A DNA stretch of 46,617 nt from a virus (taxonomy: Duplodnaviria; Heunggongvirae; Uroviricota; Caudoviricetes). The stretch is taken from the IMG/VR virus record IMGVR_UViG_3300021600_000003, positions 83,249 through 129,865 of that record. One strand, written 5' to 3'. A program made the position numbers and the translations under genes. A model generated the notes under the pieces. That model ran no database searches, was not told the origin of the DNA, and saw nothing but the letters and a program-made list of their open reading frames with translations. This document shows, one piece after another, positions 8,854 through 16,254 of this stretch. Position 1 is the stretch's first letter. Each line of letters begins with the position of its first letter.

Positions 8854-10548
8854 ATGTTCTCAACAAAGAAAAAGACATTACACAGTAATCCAGCTTCAGC
8901 TGTTAAAGTGTCTGCAAAAAGTGCCTTTGTAACTGCAGGAATGAGGAAATCTGCACGTACATTATCAGGCAATGGAGCTTTAAAATTCTCTACAACAGGA
9001 AATTCCTTTGTAGATGAGTTTGGACAGGCTGGCTCGTTCAAAGCTCCTCGTGATTTCTCAACAATTACTAAAAGTATGACTACATTGTGGTCAGAAAGTC
9101 AGTTGTTGTGTATCAAATTTCTCTTCTATCTCCGTTTAATCACACGGAAAGTACAGTTTTCTGATGGAAACACAACAGAACATCCTCAAAGAGGACAAGG
9201 TTTACGTCATGAAGGGATTTTCAGGATGATGTGGCTTCACATCTATTATCCTACTGCCTTTTGGAATAACGTTCTACTATTCATCTCTGTAGGTTCATGG
9301 AAAGACATTTTCACGATGCTATCCTATGACTTACAGTATAATGGATGGAAGGATAGGAAATTGGATTGGAGCAAGTTAGGTATACTATTATTAGCCGGGC
9401 TTGAGAATCCTAAAACTACCAATTTGGTAAAGAAGTATCTTCCACAAATTAAGGCAAACTCTGCTTGTAAGACTGTTGAAGCACAAGCAGATAATATCAT
9501 TGCTAAGTGGATATGCTCCTTGTTATTTGGTGGTAAGGCAGAAGACAACTCTTCCTCTACCTACAGGAAATATCGTAAGCTGAAGACGTCAGGAACAGCT
9601 CATGAATGGCAAAAACTGATCAGTCAGAACAAAATGCTACAAATCAATTTTGATAATGTACATGGTAGAGCTTTGGCTCAGCTTGTGAGTGGTAAGTTTC
9701 TGAAAAATAACAATTTGGAAGGTAACTATACAAAATGGCTGGAAACAAAACCAGTTGTAAAGTATACGGGTTATGTTTACGAATTGTTAGCTACTATCCC
9801 TGCAGCAAAACAGAAGTATCAGGAAGATATTATTGTTAAGCAGTTTGGTACATTAGTAGAAACTGCTAAGAAAGGTGCTGTTGATGGTACATCCCTTATT
9901 GTTGTAAGAGATACATCTGGTAGTATGTCAAGTCCTGCTACAGGTACAAAGATATCTGCTGGAGATATTGCTAAAGGTTTAGCGTTATTCTTCAGTGAGA
10001 TGCTACCTGCTGGTAGATTTGCTGATAGTTGGATTGAATTCCACTCAACTGCAAAGATGCGTCAATGGCAAGGTAAGAATGTAGTTGAAAAATGGAGAAA
10101 TGATGGTTCTTCCTATGTAGGAGGTACTGATTTTCAAAGTGTTATCAAACTCTTCTGCAGTATTATGAAGGAAGGTGTTCCTGAAACTGAGTTCCCTACT
10201 GGTATTTTATGTATCAGTGATGGTGAATTTAATCCTGCTATGTTAGGTAAAACTAATGTAGATACTGCTCTTATCACTCTTACAAGAGGTGGATTTAGTA
10301 AAGGATATGTTGATAACTTTAAGATTGTCTTGTGGAACCTCCAGAGTGGTTACTATGGTAGAGATACTGGGAAGAAGTTTGAGACATATGGTGGTGTAAA
10401 GAACGTCTTCTACTTTAGTGGCTTGGATGGTAGTGTTGTGTCATTCTTAACAGGAATGGCTGATAATACCAAAAAGCTGCCTGAAACAGCAGAAGAACTG
10501 TTTGATGCAGCTATGAATCAGGAAGTTCTCAACATGATTGAGGTATAA
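8854..10548 (+). CDS. DUF2828-type protein with C-terminal vWA domain (TROVE/Ro60-like architecture)
   Basis: N-terminal SGNGALKFSTTGNSFVDEF; MIDAS motif VVRDTSGSMS; GGTDFQSV, ISDGEF and IVLWNL vWA elements. Confidence 0.8.
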   Translation: MFSTKKKTLHSNPASAVKVSAKSAFVTAGMRKSARTLSGNGALKFSTTGNSFVDEFGQAGSFKAPRDFSTITKSMTTLWSESQLLCIKFLFYLRLITRKVQFSDGNTTEHPQRGQGLRHEGIFRMMWLHIYYPTAFWNNVLLFISVGSWKDIFTMLSYDLQYNGWKDRKLDWSKLGILLLAGLENPKTTNLVKKYLPQIKANSACKTVEAQADNIIAKWICSLLFGGKAEDNSSSTYRKYRKLKTSGTAHEWQKLISQNKMLQINFDNVHGRALAQLVSGKFLKNNNLEGNYTKWLETKPVVKYTGYVYELLATIPAAKQKYQEDIIVKQFGTLVETAKKGAVDGTSLIVVRDTSGSMSSPATGTKISAGDIAKGLALFFSEMLPAGRFADSWIEFHSTAKMRQWQGKNVVEKWRNDGSSYVGGTDFQSVIKLFCSIMKEGVPETEFPTGILCISDGEFNPAMLGKTNVDTALITLTRGGFSKGYVDNFKIVLWNLQSGYYGRDTGKKFETYGGVKNVFYFSGLDGSVVSFLTGMADNTKKLPETAEELFDAAMNQEVLNMIEV

Positions 10549-10556
10549 TTTATCAC

Positions 10557-10588
10557 AAAGAGCTCTTATTAAGTTAAGAGCTCTTTTT
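10557..10588 (+). terminator. Intrinsic terminator
   Basis: AAAGAGCTCTTA-TTAAGT-TAAGAGCTCTTT plus T-run. Confidence 0.8.
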
Positions 10589-10599
10589 AAATATTTTTT

Positions 10600-10848
10600 A
10601 TGATAGTACCTAAAGTTGGTGATTGGGTAAGATTACCTAGTATACGTCCAGCTAATTGGAATCCGTATGGTAAAATGGATCACTTTCTAGGAAAGATTGT
10701 AAAAGTTCTTGATATACGTTATTCAAGCTTTCTTTTTGAAGGTCAACTCGGATGGAATTTTAAATATAGAGAAATTGAAGAGAATCTTGGTCCAGATTAT
10801 GATCCTGATGAAACTCAAACAATTAAAAATCACTATACAATCTTTTAA
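10600..10848 (+). CDS. Small KOW/SH3-like protein with C-terminal tag (..IKNHYTIF)
   Basis: KVGDWVR start; shared tail motif. Confidence 0.8.
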   Translation: MIVPKVGDWVRLPSIRPANWNPYGKMDHFLGKIVKVLDIRYSSFLFEGQLGWNFKYREIEENLGPDYDPDETQTIKNHYTIF

Positions 10849-10850
10849 AA

Positions 10851-11066
10851 ATGGATTATGCAATTAACGCATCATCTATCAAATCAAAGACTTCGATAAA
10901 GTTAGTGTTAACACCTACTAATACTCTCGAGAGAGAGTTCTTTAATCAACTCTTTGCAAATGGTAGTGCTATAATCGAGGCAATTCCTAATACAGAGGAC
11001 ATTGTTATAACCCGTAAGGAGGAAAACGGTAAACCTTCCACTACTGTTAAAGTAGATGAAACATAA
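10851..11066 (+). CDS. Hypothetical protein
   Basis: Start lies 2 nt after the upstream stop. Confidence 0.7.
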   Translation: MDYAINASSIKSKTSIKLVLTPTNTLEREFFNQLFANGSAIIEAIPNTEDIVITRKEENGKPSTTVKVDET

Positions 11067-11150
11067 TTAAGTCACTCAAAATCAAATGTATGTTCAAAGA
11101 CGTATTTATTTTGAAGAAAACATAAAATAACCTCAATAACCCTTGAAAAT

Positions 11151-11182
11151 AAGAGAACCTTAGAAATGAGGTTCTCTTTTAA
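11151..11182 (+). terminator. Intrinsic terminator
   Basis: AAGAGAACCT-TAGAAATG-AGGTTCTCTT plus T-run. Confidence 0.75.
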
Positions 11183-11236
11183 CATTTATTTAACATATTA
11201 GATAGAGATTTTTTGTTTATTTTTCATTTTTATCTC

Positions 11237-11244
11237 TATCTTTG
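11237..11244 (+). promoter_or_regulatory. Bacteroidota -7 promoter box driving the hairpin array
   Basis: TATCTTTG matches the TAnnTTTG consensus; TTTG about 20 nt upstream. Confidence 0.65.
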
Positions 11245-11279
11245 ATATCCAATCATACTTAATACTGTGGTTGGGTAAA

Positions 11280-11607
11280 AGGATACATACAGCAACTATT
11301 TAAGCAATACACTTGTAATGTAAAACAGCTAAAAACTGTATCCTGATAAGAAGTCAGACAGCAAATACAAAAACAATTCTACTTTAAACAGGAACGACTC
11401 GAGTTCGACTCTCGAGACCTTAACAGAGGTGGAGTGGTCTGGAATATCTGTGACTTCTGATAAGAATAGCAACAGCAACTACAACAATTCTACTTTTAAT
11501 GGAAAACAAACGCTATTCTGATAAGATTACCAACAGCAACTAACTAAATTGCTAACCATATACTCTAGCGAGAAAAAATGGTAATCTGATAAGGACGCCT
11601 ACAGCAA
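11280..11607 (+). repeat. Tandem array of 4 hairpin units plus a partial 5th, with ACAGCAA / CTGATAAG motifs and anticodon stem-loop mimics
   Basis: Unit-specific closing stems AGGATAC/GTATCCT, AGAAGTCA/TGACTTCT, AGAATAGC/GCTATTCT, AGATTACC/GGTAATCT; ACAGCAA 5x; CTGATAAG 4x. Confidence 0.85.
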
Positions 11608-11634
11608 TTAAAAATGAGTATTGTAAAAATGTTA

Positions 11635-11663
11635 AAGAGCCCAGCTAATTACTGGGCTTTTTT
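11635..11663 (+). terminator. Intrinsic terminator closing the array transcript
   Basis: AGCCCAG-CTAATTA-CTGGGCT plus T-run. Confidence 0.8.
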
Positions 11664-11687
11664 ATTAACCAAAATTAAAAATTTATC

Positions 11688-11891
11688 ATGCCAAACAAAG
11701 AGTATTTAGAACATCAGGTTATAGATAGCCTGAGCAAGAAACACGATTTAAGGATTGTTGGTAATACTATCCAAGAATTAAACCCTCCTGCATCAAAAGG
11801 TGATGTTGGGATTGGTAGCAAAGGAAAGATTGATTTCCTTCTAAAATATAAGGGATACAGACATATTTATGTTAAAGATTTTAAGAAATAA
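11688..11891 (+). CDS. Small hypothetical protein
   Basis: ORF between two terminators, with AT-rich leader. Confidence 0.7.
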   Translation: MPNKEYLEHQVIDSLSKKHDLRIVGNTIQELNPPASKGDVGIGSKGKIDFLLKYKGYRHIYVKDFKK

Positions 11892-11913
11892 ATATTTTGA
11901 TTTTGGGGACGTA

Positions 11914-11946
11914 GGGGGTACTATAGAAATATGGTACTCCCTTTTT
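11914..11946 (+). terminator. Intrinsic terminator
   Basis: GGGGGTACTA-TAGAAATA-TGGTACTCCC plus T-run. Confidence 0.7.
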
Positions 11947-11969
11947 ACTAACAATTAAATTAAGTTACT

Positions 11970-12173
11970 ATGAGCAAAGAATTAATTGCCTCAGCTAGAC
12001 CCGGTCAGCATCAGGTAAAGATTTACAAAAACAAATATGTTAAGACATTTGTTTATGCAAGAGTACGTAAAATGACATTCATTGAAAATCCCTCCCATAA
12101 AAATTTTATGTCAGCTATTTTTAGAATAGCTCATAATATACTTAAGCAAACATCTATAAAATATAATCCATGA
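11970..12173 (+). CDS. Small basic hypothetical protein
   Basis: ATGA overlap with the next gene. Confidence 0.65.
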   Translation: MSKELIASARPGQHQVKIYKNKYVKTFVYARVRKMTFIENPSHKNFMSAIFRIAHNILKQTSIKYNP

Positions 12174-12442
12174 AATATATCCCTCTAAAAGAACTAGTAG
12201 TTGGTACTTGGTATTATAGTGCTGTTCTTGATTACTTTTTTAAGTTTTTAAAGTTAGAAACTACAAATACTAATTGTGTTTATAGTACAAGACATACAAA
12301 TAAAGGAGAGAATAAAGATTACCTTGATTATTTTTGTCATAGTAAAATGGAAAAAACTATAGAATTAGCTGATATGGATAAAGTAAAGGAGTTTTATCCT
12401 GATGAGTTTCCTGAAATTATTAATACATACGAAATTTTTTAA
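12170..12442 (+). CDS. Small protein with C-terminal tag (..IINTYEIF)
   Basis: ORF track plus shared tail. Confidence 0.8.
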   Translation: MKYIPLKELVVGTWYYSAVLDYFFKFLKLETTNTNCVYSTRHTNKGENKDYLDYFCHSKMEKTIELADMDKVKEFYPDEFPEIINTYEIF

Positions 12443-12444
12443 CT

Positions 12445-12495
12445 ATGAAAAGAGAACATCCTCCAACTATTAATTTATCATATTCAATTTTTTAA
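12445..12495 (+). CDS. 16-aa micro-ORF MKREHPPTINLSYSIF (mostly the C-terminal tag)
   Basis: Manual translation; 2-nt spacing to both the upstream stop and the downstream ATG. Confidence 0.6.
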   Translation: MKREHPPTINLSYSIF

Positions 12496-12497
12496 TT

Positions 12498-12757
12498 ATG
12501 GAATACACAATCACTGATATATATATAATGGCTTTACTTTTAAGAATAATAAAGGAAAAGGTAAAACATATCAAGTTACTAAAATACAATCTACTACTTA
12601 TATACATTTAAAAGGAACTGATAATAATTATGATAATAGTCATTATGAAATTAGTGAGATTGTACGTCTTTTAAATGCTGGAACATATGTAGAGGAAAAA
12701 CTCTTAACGGTTGAGGTAGCTGAACCAATTATAATTAACTCTTACTCAATCTTTTAA
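12498..12757 (+). pseudogene. Tagged small protein (..EPIIINSYSIF) frameshifted at an (AT)5 tract
   Basis: Removing one AT from 12517-12526 gives an 85-aa ORF, MEYTITDIYNGFTFKNNKGKG...IINSYSIF. Confidence 0.75.
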
Positions 12758-12758
12758 T

Positions 12759-13076
12759 ATGAAAAAATTAATATACGGAAAGAATGTACATGAAGGAGAC
12801 ATTGTTACATATGTGAATTCTAATGGGGACCGTTATCCAGCAAAAGTATCTAAAAACGGTCATTGTAGCTGTTATGCATCTATAAAAAATAACTCGTTTT
12901 GCAACTATAGTGGAGGTATTCCAGAAGATGGGATAGAAGAAGCTCTTCCTGAAGAAAAGAAATGGCTTGAAATGTGTATAGCAGAAGGACGACGTGTTGT
13001 TTCCTTTGATAGAGCTGTTGAATTGTATAATTCTGAAAAGACTCATTCTATTATTAACAATTATTCACTTTTTTAA
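12759..13076 (+). CDS. Small protein with C-terminal tag (..IINNYSLF)
   Basis: EGDIV KOW-like start; shared tail. Confidence 0.8.
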   Translation: MKKLIYGKNVHEGDIVTYVNSNGDRYPAKVSKNGHCSCYASIKNNSFCNYSGGIPEDGIEEALPEEKKWLEMCIAEGRRVVSFDRAVELYNSEKTHSIINNYSLF

Positions 13077-13078
13077 TT

Positions 13079-13309
13079 ATGTCACTATTAGATAAAGGAA
13101 TCAAAGTTGGTTCAAGAGTTCGTATGTTGTCCACTACTCAATATGATGAAGATGATAGTAATCCTCGTGATTGTGAGGGTACTGTTGATATATATAATAA
13201 TCATCATGCCTCTGTACAATGGGACAATGGTTATCACAATGGATCATATGATGATAAGGATATTGGATTAGCTGAACCAACCATAATCAATTCATATTCA
13301 CTGTTTTAA
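13079..13309 (+). CDS. Small protein with C-terminal tag (..IINSYSLF); paralog of 15353..15577
   Basis: Shared RVRML.TTQY..DSNPRDC.GTV..WDNG. Confidence 0.85.
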   Translation: MSLLDKGIKVGSRVRMLSTTQYDEDDSNPRDCEGTVDIYNNHHASVQWDNGYHNGSYDDKDIGLAEPTIINSYSLF

Positions 13310-13310
13310 A

Positions 13311-13583
13311 ATGGGTAATGATATTGATATAGCAAGAAGTGCTATCGATAATCTTCAAAGTACTATTGATAACCTTGAAGAAGAAAAGGATAATATATCT
13401 TCCAACTATGATGAGCTAGAAGTCAAATTGGCTAACGCAAATGACAAGATAGAAGAATTAAGAACAGAATTAAGTAATTACTCTACAGAGATTAGTAATC
13501 TTAATAGTGTAATTAATGATTTAGTATCCAAAAATGAAGAACTACAAAAGAACACAGTAAACAACAATTATTCAATCGTTTAA
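13311..13583 (+). CDS. Coiled-coil protein with C-terminal tag (..VNNNYSIV)
   Basis: Heptad-like pattern; shared tail. Confidence 0.8.
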   Translation: MGNDIDIARSAIDNLQSTIDNLEEEKDNISSNYDELEVKLANANDKIEELRTELSNYSTEISNLNSVINDLVSKNEELQKNTVNNNYSIV

Positions 13584-13603
13584 CAAATCAAAACAAAAAC
13601 AAA

Positions 13604-14092
13604 ATGGCAAAGAAAACAGCAACAGACAGCCCTTCATTGGAATTGGCTATTACTAAAGGTGGTATTCCTGATGTAATGAAAGCTCTTGAAGCTAAAATGA
13701 AAGAATTTGAGTTCATTCGTGACTCAAAGTACAAAACTTCCGGTAATCTGGATGGTTTTGGTGACCTGAAGAATGAAAAACTTATCCCTAACCTTATCCG
13801 TGCATACTCACTGGTGTTGGCAAAGTCAACAGCTTATGAGAATGCTGCACAAGATCTTGGTTTATCTTCTTACCCTGCCTTTGAAATTGGCGGTGGATCT
13901 ACTGAAGACTGGAGAAGTGATATCCTCTTGAGGAAAGCTATTATTGAGCAGAAAGAAAACATGGACAAACTGCAGGCCTTCAGGGACAAAGCAGCTAAAT
14001 TCATGTCTGAATCTGATCAGAAAGCAATGTTCTTCCAAGAAATGCAGGCTTTCCTGTCTACTACAGGTGGAGCAATTGAAAGTGGCGACTAA
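13604..14092 (+). CDS. Hypothetical protein (162 aa)
   Basis: ORF followed by a terminator hairpin at about 14102-14130. Confidence 0.8.
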   Translation: MAKKTATDSPSLELAITKGGIPDVMKALEAKMKEFEFIRDSKYKTSGNLDGFGDLKNEKLIPNLIRAYSLVLAKSTAYENAAQDLGLSSYPAFEIGGGSTEDWRSDILLRKAIIEQKENMDKLQAFRDKAAKFMSESDQKAMFFQEMQAFLSTTGGAIESGD

Positions 14093-14143
14093 ATATTTAA
14101 GAAGGGGAAGGGAAACTTTCCCCTTCTTTTTAAAACAACCTTT

Positions 14144-14437
14144 ATGTCATTAATAATAAGTGAACTACAAATAGGAGAAGCATATACAACAATTGGTAAG
14201 GATGTAGGATATACATTTATACATGATGGAGATAGTACATGTGTTTCATATATCTACTATGGTACATATCATACAGGAGGTCATTTATCAAGTATAGATA
14301 ATATTAGCTTTTCTTTTTATGAGAAAGCTAGTGAAATAGACAAAGCATGGCTAGTAGCATGTATAGAAGCTAAACGTACAGTACCAAAACCTGTAGAAAT
14401 CCCTTCTCTTATAAAAAATAATTATTCTTTATACTAA
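14144..14437 (+). CDS. Small protein with C-terminal tag (..IKNNYSLY)
   Basis: ORF track plus shared tail. Confidence 0.8.
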   Translation: MSLIISELQIGEAYTTIGKDVGYTFIHDGDSTCVSYIYYGTYHTGGHLSSIDNISFSFYEKASEIDKAWLVACIEAKRTVPKPVEIPSLIKNNYSLY

Positions 14438-14445
14438 ATATTTGC

Positions 14446-14453
14446 TATCTTTG
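14446..14453 (+). promoter_or_regulatory. Bacteroidota -7 promoter box
   Basis: TATCTTTG followed by CAAAC, ahead of a 330-nt non-coding structured region. Confidence 0.6.
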
Positions 14454-14628
14454 CAAACAGCTTAAACATTGAAAGCTTTATAGTAGAAAACAACCTAATT
14501 CGTACGAACTCTGGTTCCTCTGGATGTCGGGTTATTTCTTCTATATAAAGATACTGTCAGTAATGGCAGACGTAATGGTCCCTTGAGAAAGGATCTGGTC
14601 TTGGGAAACCTTGATTTTTTAACATTAC

Positions 14629-14783
14629 GAATGAGTTCTCAGCAGGCAGAGTACATGACTAGGAGACAAACCTAGCAGAAAAGTTGTACTCTCAGTAGAG
14701 ATACTGTAGGTATAGCCATTGACCCTAACTCAGCTTAGTAATAGATTGGTCTAACCAGATTGTGAAAAGGAGAAGGGTGCTAA
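14629..14783 (+). ncRNA. Structured RNA motif B, copy 1 (pseudoknotted, unassigned)
   Basis: GAAnGAGTTCTCAGCA ... TGACCCT(A)ACTC ... CAGATT ... AGGGTGCTAA, shared with 20447-20583. Confidence 0.65.
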
Positions 14784-14804
14784 TTTTTAATCAAATAAAA
14801 GGAT

Positions 14805-15275
14805 ATGAAAAGAGTACTAGTAATTTTAACGTTATTTATGACGTTAGCAGTAACTTCCAATGCCCAAAAGACACTTGGTACAACCCTATTAACAGGCTAC
14901 AGCTTAAAGGCTGGTGTGCTTTTACAGAACAATGCTACATCTACTGAGGTAGAATTGGGCAAGACTTTTGGAAAACATACTATTAGCTTGGAAGGTAGTT
15001 TTACAAATACTCCAGTGAAGAATTACTTTGCTGGTTTAGAGTATACTAGGAGTGTGTATGAAGTAGGTGCATTTGATTTGGGTGTAGGTGGTGCAGTTAC
15101 TTTTGCCTTAAATAGGTTTCATGCCTTAACCTTTTCACCAAAGGTTGATGCAGGACTTAAATTAGGAAAGTATCTCATTTTGGAGGCTACACTAGCTAGT
15201 CCTATTTATGAGGGGAGCACATTGTTTAAACCCATTAATTTGCAAGCAGGTTTGAAGCTTGGAGTTACTTTGTAA
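14805..15275 (+). CDS. Putative small outer-membrane beta-barrel protein
   Basis: Signal peptide MKRVLVILTLFMTLAVTSNA/Q; alternating Gly/hydrophobic strands; ends GLKLGVTL. Confidence 0.7.
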   Translation: MKRVLVILTLFMTLAVTSNAQKTLGTTLLTGYSLKAGVLLQNNATSTEVELGKTFGKHTISLEGSFTNTPVKNYFAGLEYTRSVYEVGAFDLGVGGAVTFALNRFHALTFSPKVDAGLKLGKYLILEATLASPIYEGSTLFKPINLQAGLKLGVTL

Positions 15276-15295
15276 CCCATAATTGATTTAAAGAC

Positions 15296-15327
15296 AAGGA
15301 GGTTCACATTTGTGGACCTCCTTTTTA
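15296..15327 (+). terminator. Intrinsic terminator
   Basis: AAGGAGGTTCAC-ATTT-GTGGACCTCCTT plus T-run. Confidence 0.8.
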
Positions 15328-15352
15328 TTTACACTAAAAATCTCTTTTAATT

Positions 15353-15577
15353 ATGAAACAAGAAATAGAAATCGAATCAAGAGTTCGTATGTTAAATACT
15401 ACTCAATATGGAGAATGTGATAGTAATCCTCGTGATTGTGATGGTACTGTTACTGATATAAAGGAATATGGAGAATATAGTGTTGTGTGGGATAATGGTC
15501 AAGATAATGGGTCATATACTGATACAGATATTGGACTAATTGTACCAACAATAAATAATAACTATTCAATCTTTTAA
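15353..15577 (+). CDS. Small protein with C-terminal tag (..INNNYSIF); paralog of 13079..13309
   Basis: High nucleotide and protein similarity to 13079..13309. Confidence 0.85.
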   Translation: MKQEIEIESRVRMLNTTQYGECDSNPRDCDGTVTDIKEYGEYSVVWDNGQDNGSYTDTDIGLIVPTINNNYSIF

Positions 15578-15578
15578 C

Positions 15579-15764
15579 ATGAAACATGTATTTTATAAGA
15601 TATCACAAGGAATGTTTTGGCTTGTCATGTCTCTTGCTTATTGTATTTCCCAGTTTTTTATATTATTATGGTATTTTGATTATCATCGTTGTATAAAATT
15701 TCGTACTTTTGTCAAAGATGTAAAAGAATGGATAGAACGTGATGATGATGTTCATCATTATTAA
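15579..15764 (+). CDS. Small membrane protein
   Basis: One hydrophobic segment; coupled start. Confidence 0.65.
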   Translation: MKHVFYKISQGMFWLVMSLAYCISQFFILLWYFDYHRCIKFRTFVKDVKEWIERDDDVHHY

Positions 15765-15827
15765 ATACAATATAAGTGGCTTTGTTAGCCCTCGGACCAA
15801 TATTGGTCAGCATGATAACACATAGAC

Positions 15828-16254
15828 ATGTTAATTGCACACAAGACAGACAAAAGAATTGGTATATGTGATATAGAGACTATGGTCGAATTGTTCGACG
15901 TAGGTATCTATAATCCAGATACTAAAGAGTGGTATGAATTTCAAATATCACAGTACAAGAACGAGCTATTTGAGTTCGTAAAACATTATACATCAGGACA
16001 TTATGATTATTTGGTTACCTTTAATGGTATATCATTTGACCAACAAGTGTTAGAATGGATAGTAGATAATCATCAGAAATGGGCAGAAAACACTAATTTA
16101 GAGATAGTAGAGAAAATCTCTGATTATGCACAAAAGATGATTGATAATAGTAATTATGGTATGTTTCCTCCCTACAAGGAGAGTAGTTTTCGTATACCTC
16201 CCATAGATATCTTCAAGATACATCACTTTGATAATGATGCTAGAAGAACATCCT
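15828..16254 (+). CDS. polB: Family B DNA polymerase, exon 1 (3'-5' exonuclease N-part)
   Basis: CDIET (ExoI) and TFNGISFD (ExoII); splicing joins TCC T|TA AAA TGG to read RRTSLKWCEY. Confidence 0.9.

Noticed and set aside
11280-11607. CRISPR array or TIGR array
   Set aside because: There is no constant-length repeat, the stems differ in every unit, unit lengths vary from about 57 to 110 nt, and no cas or Nop-domain gene is in the window. CTGA alone is not enough for a box C/D-type call.
14629-14783. SAM-I, fluoride or preQ1 riboswitch identity for motif B
   Set aside because: Only short words match (CAGCA, GGTGCTAA, GAGTTCTC). The order and pairings of those aptamers are not reproduced.
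14762-14947. 61-aa ORF starting at GTG, and the GTG-extended start at 20577
   Set aside because: Both begin inside RNA motif B and overlap better-supported genes with ATG starts.
13079-15577. Diversity-generating retroelement TR/VR pair
   Set aside because: Differences between the paralogs are not confined to adenines, both copies are intact ORFs, and no reverse transcriptase is present.
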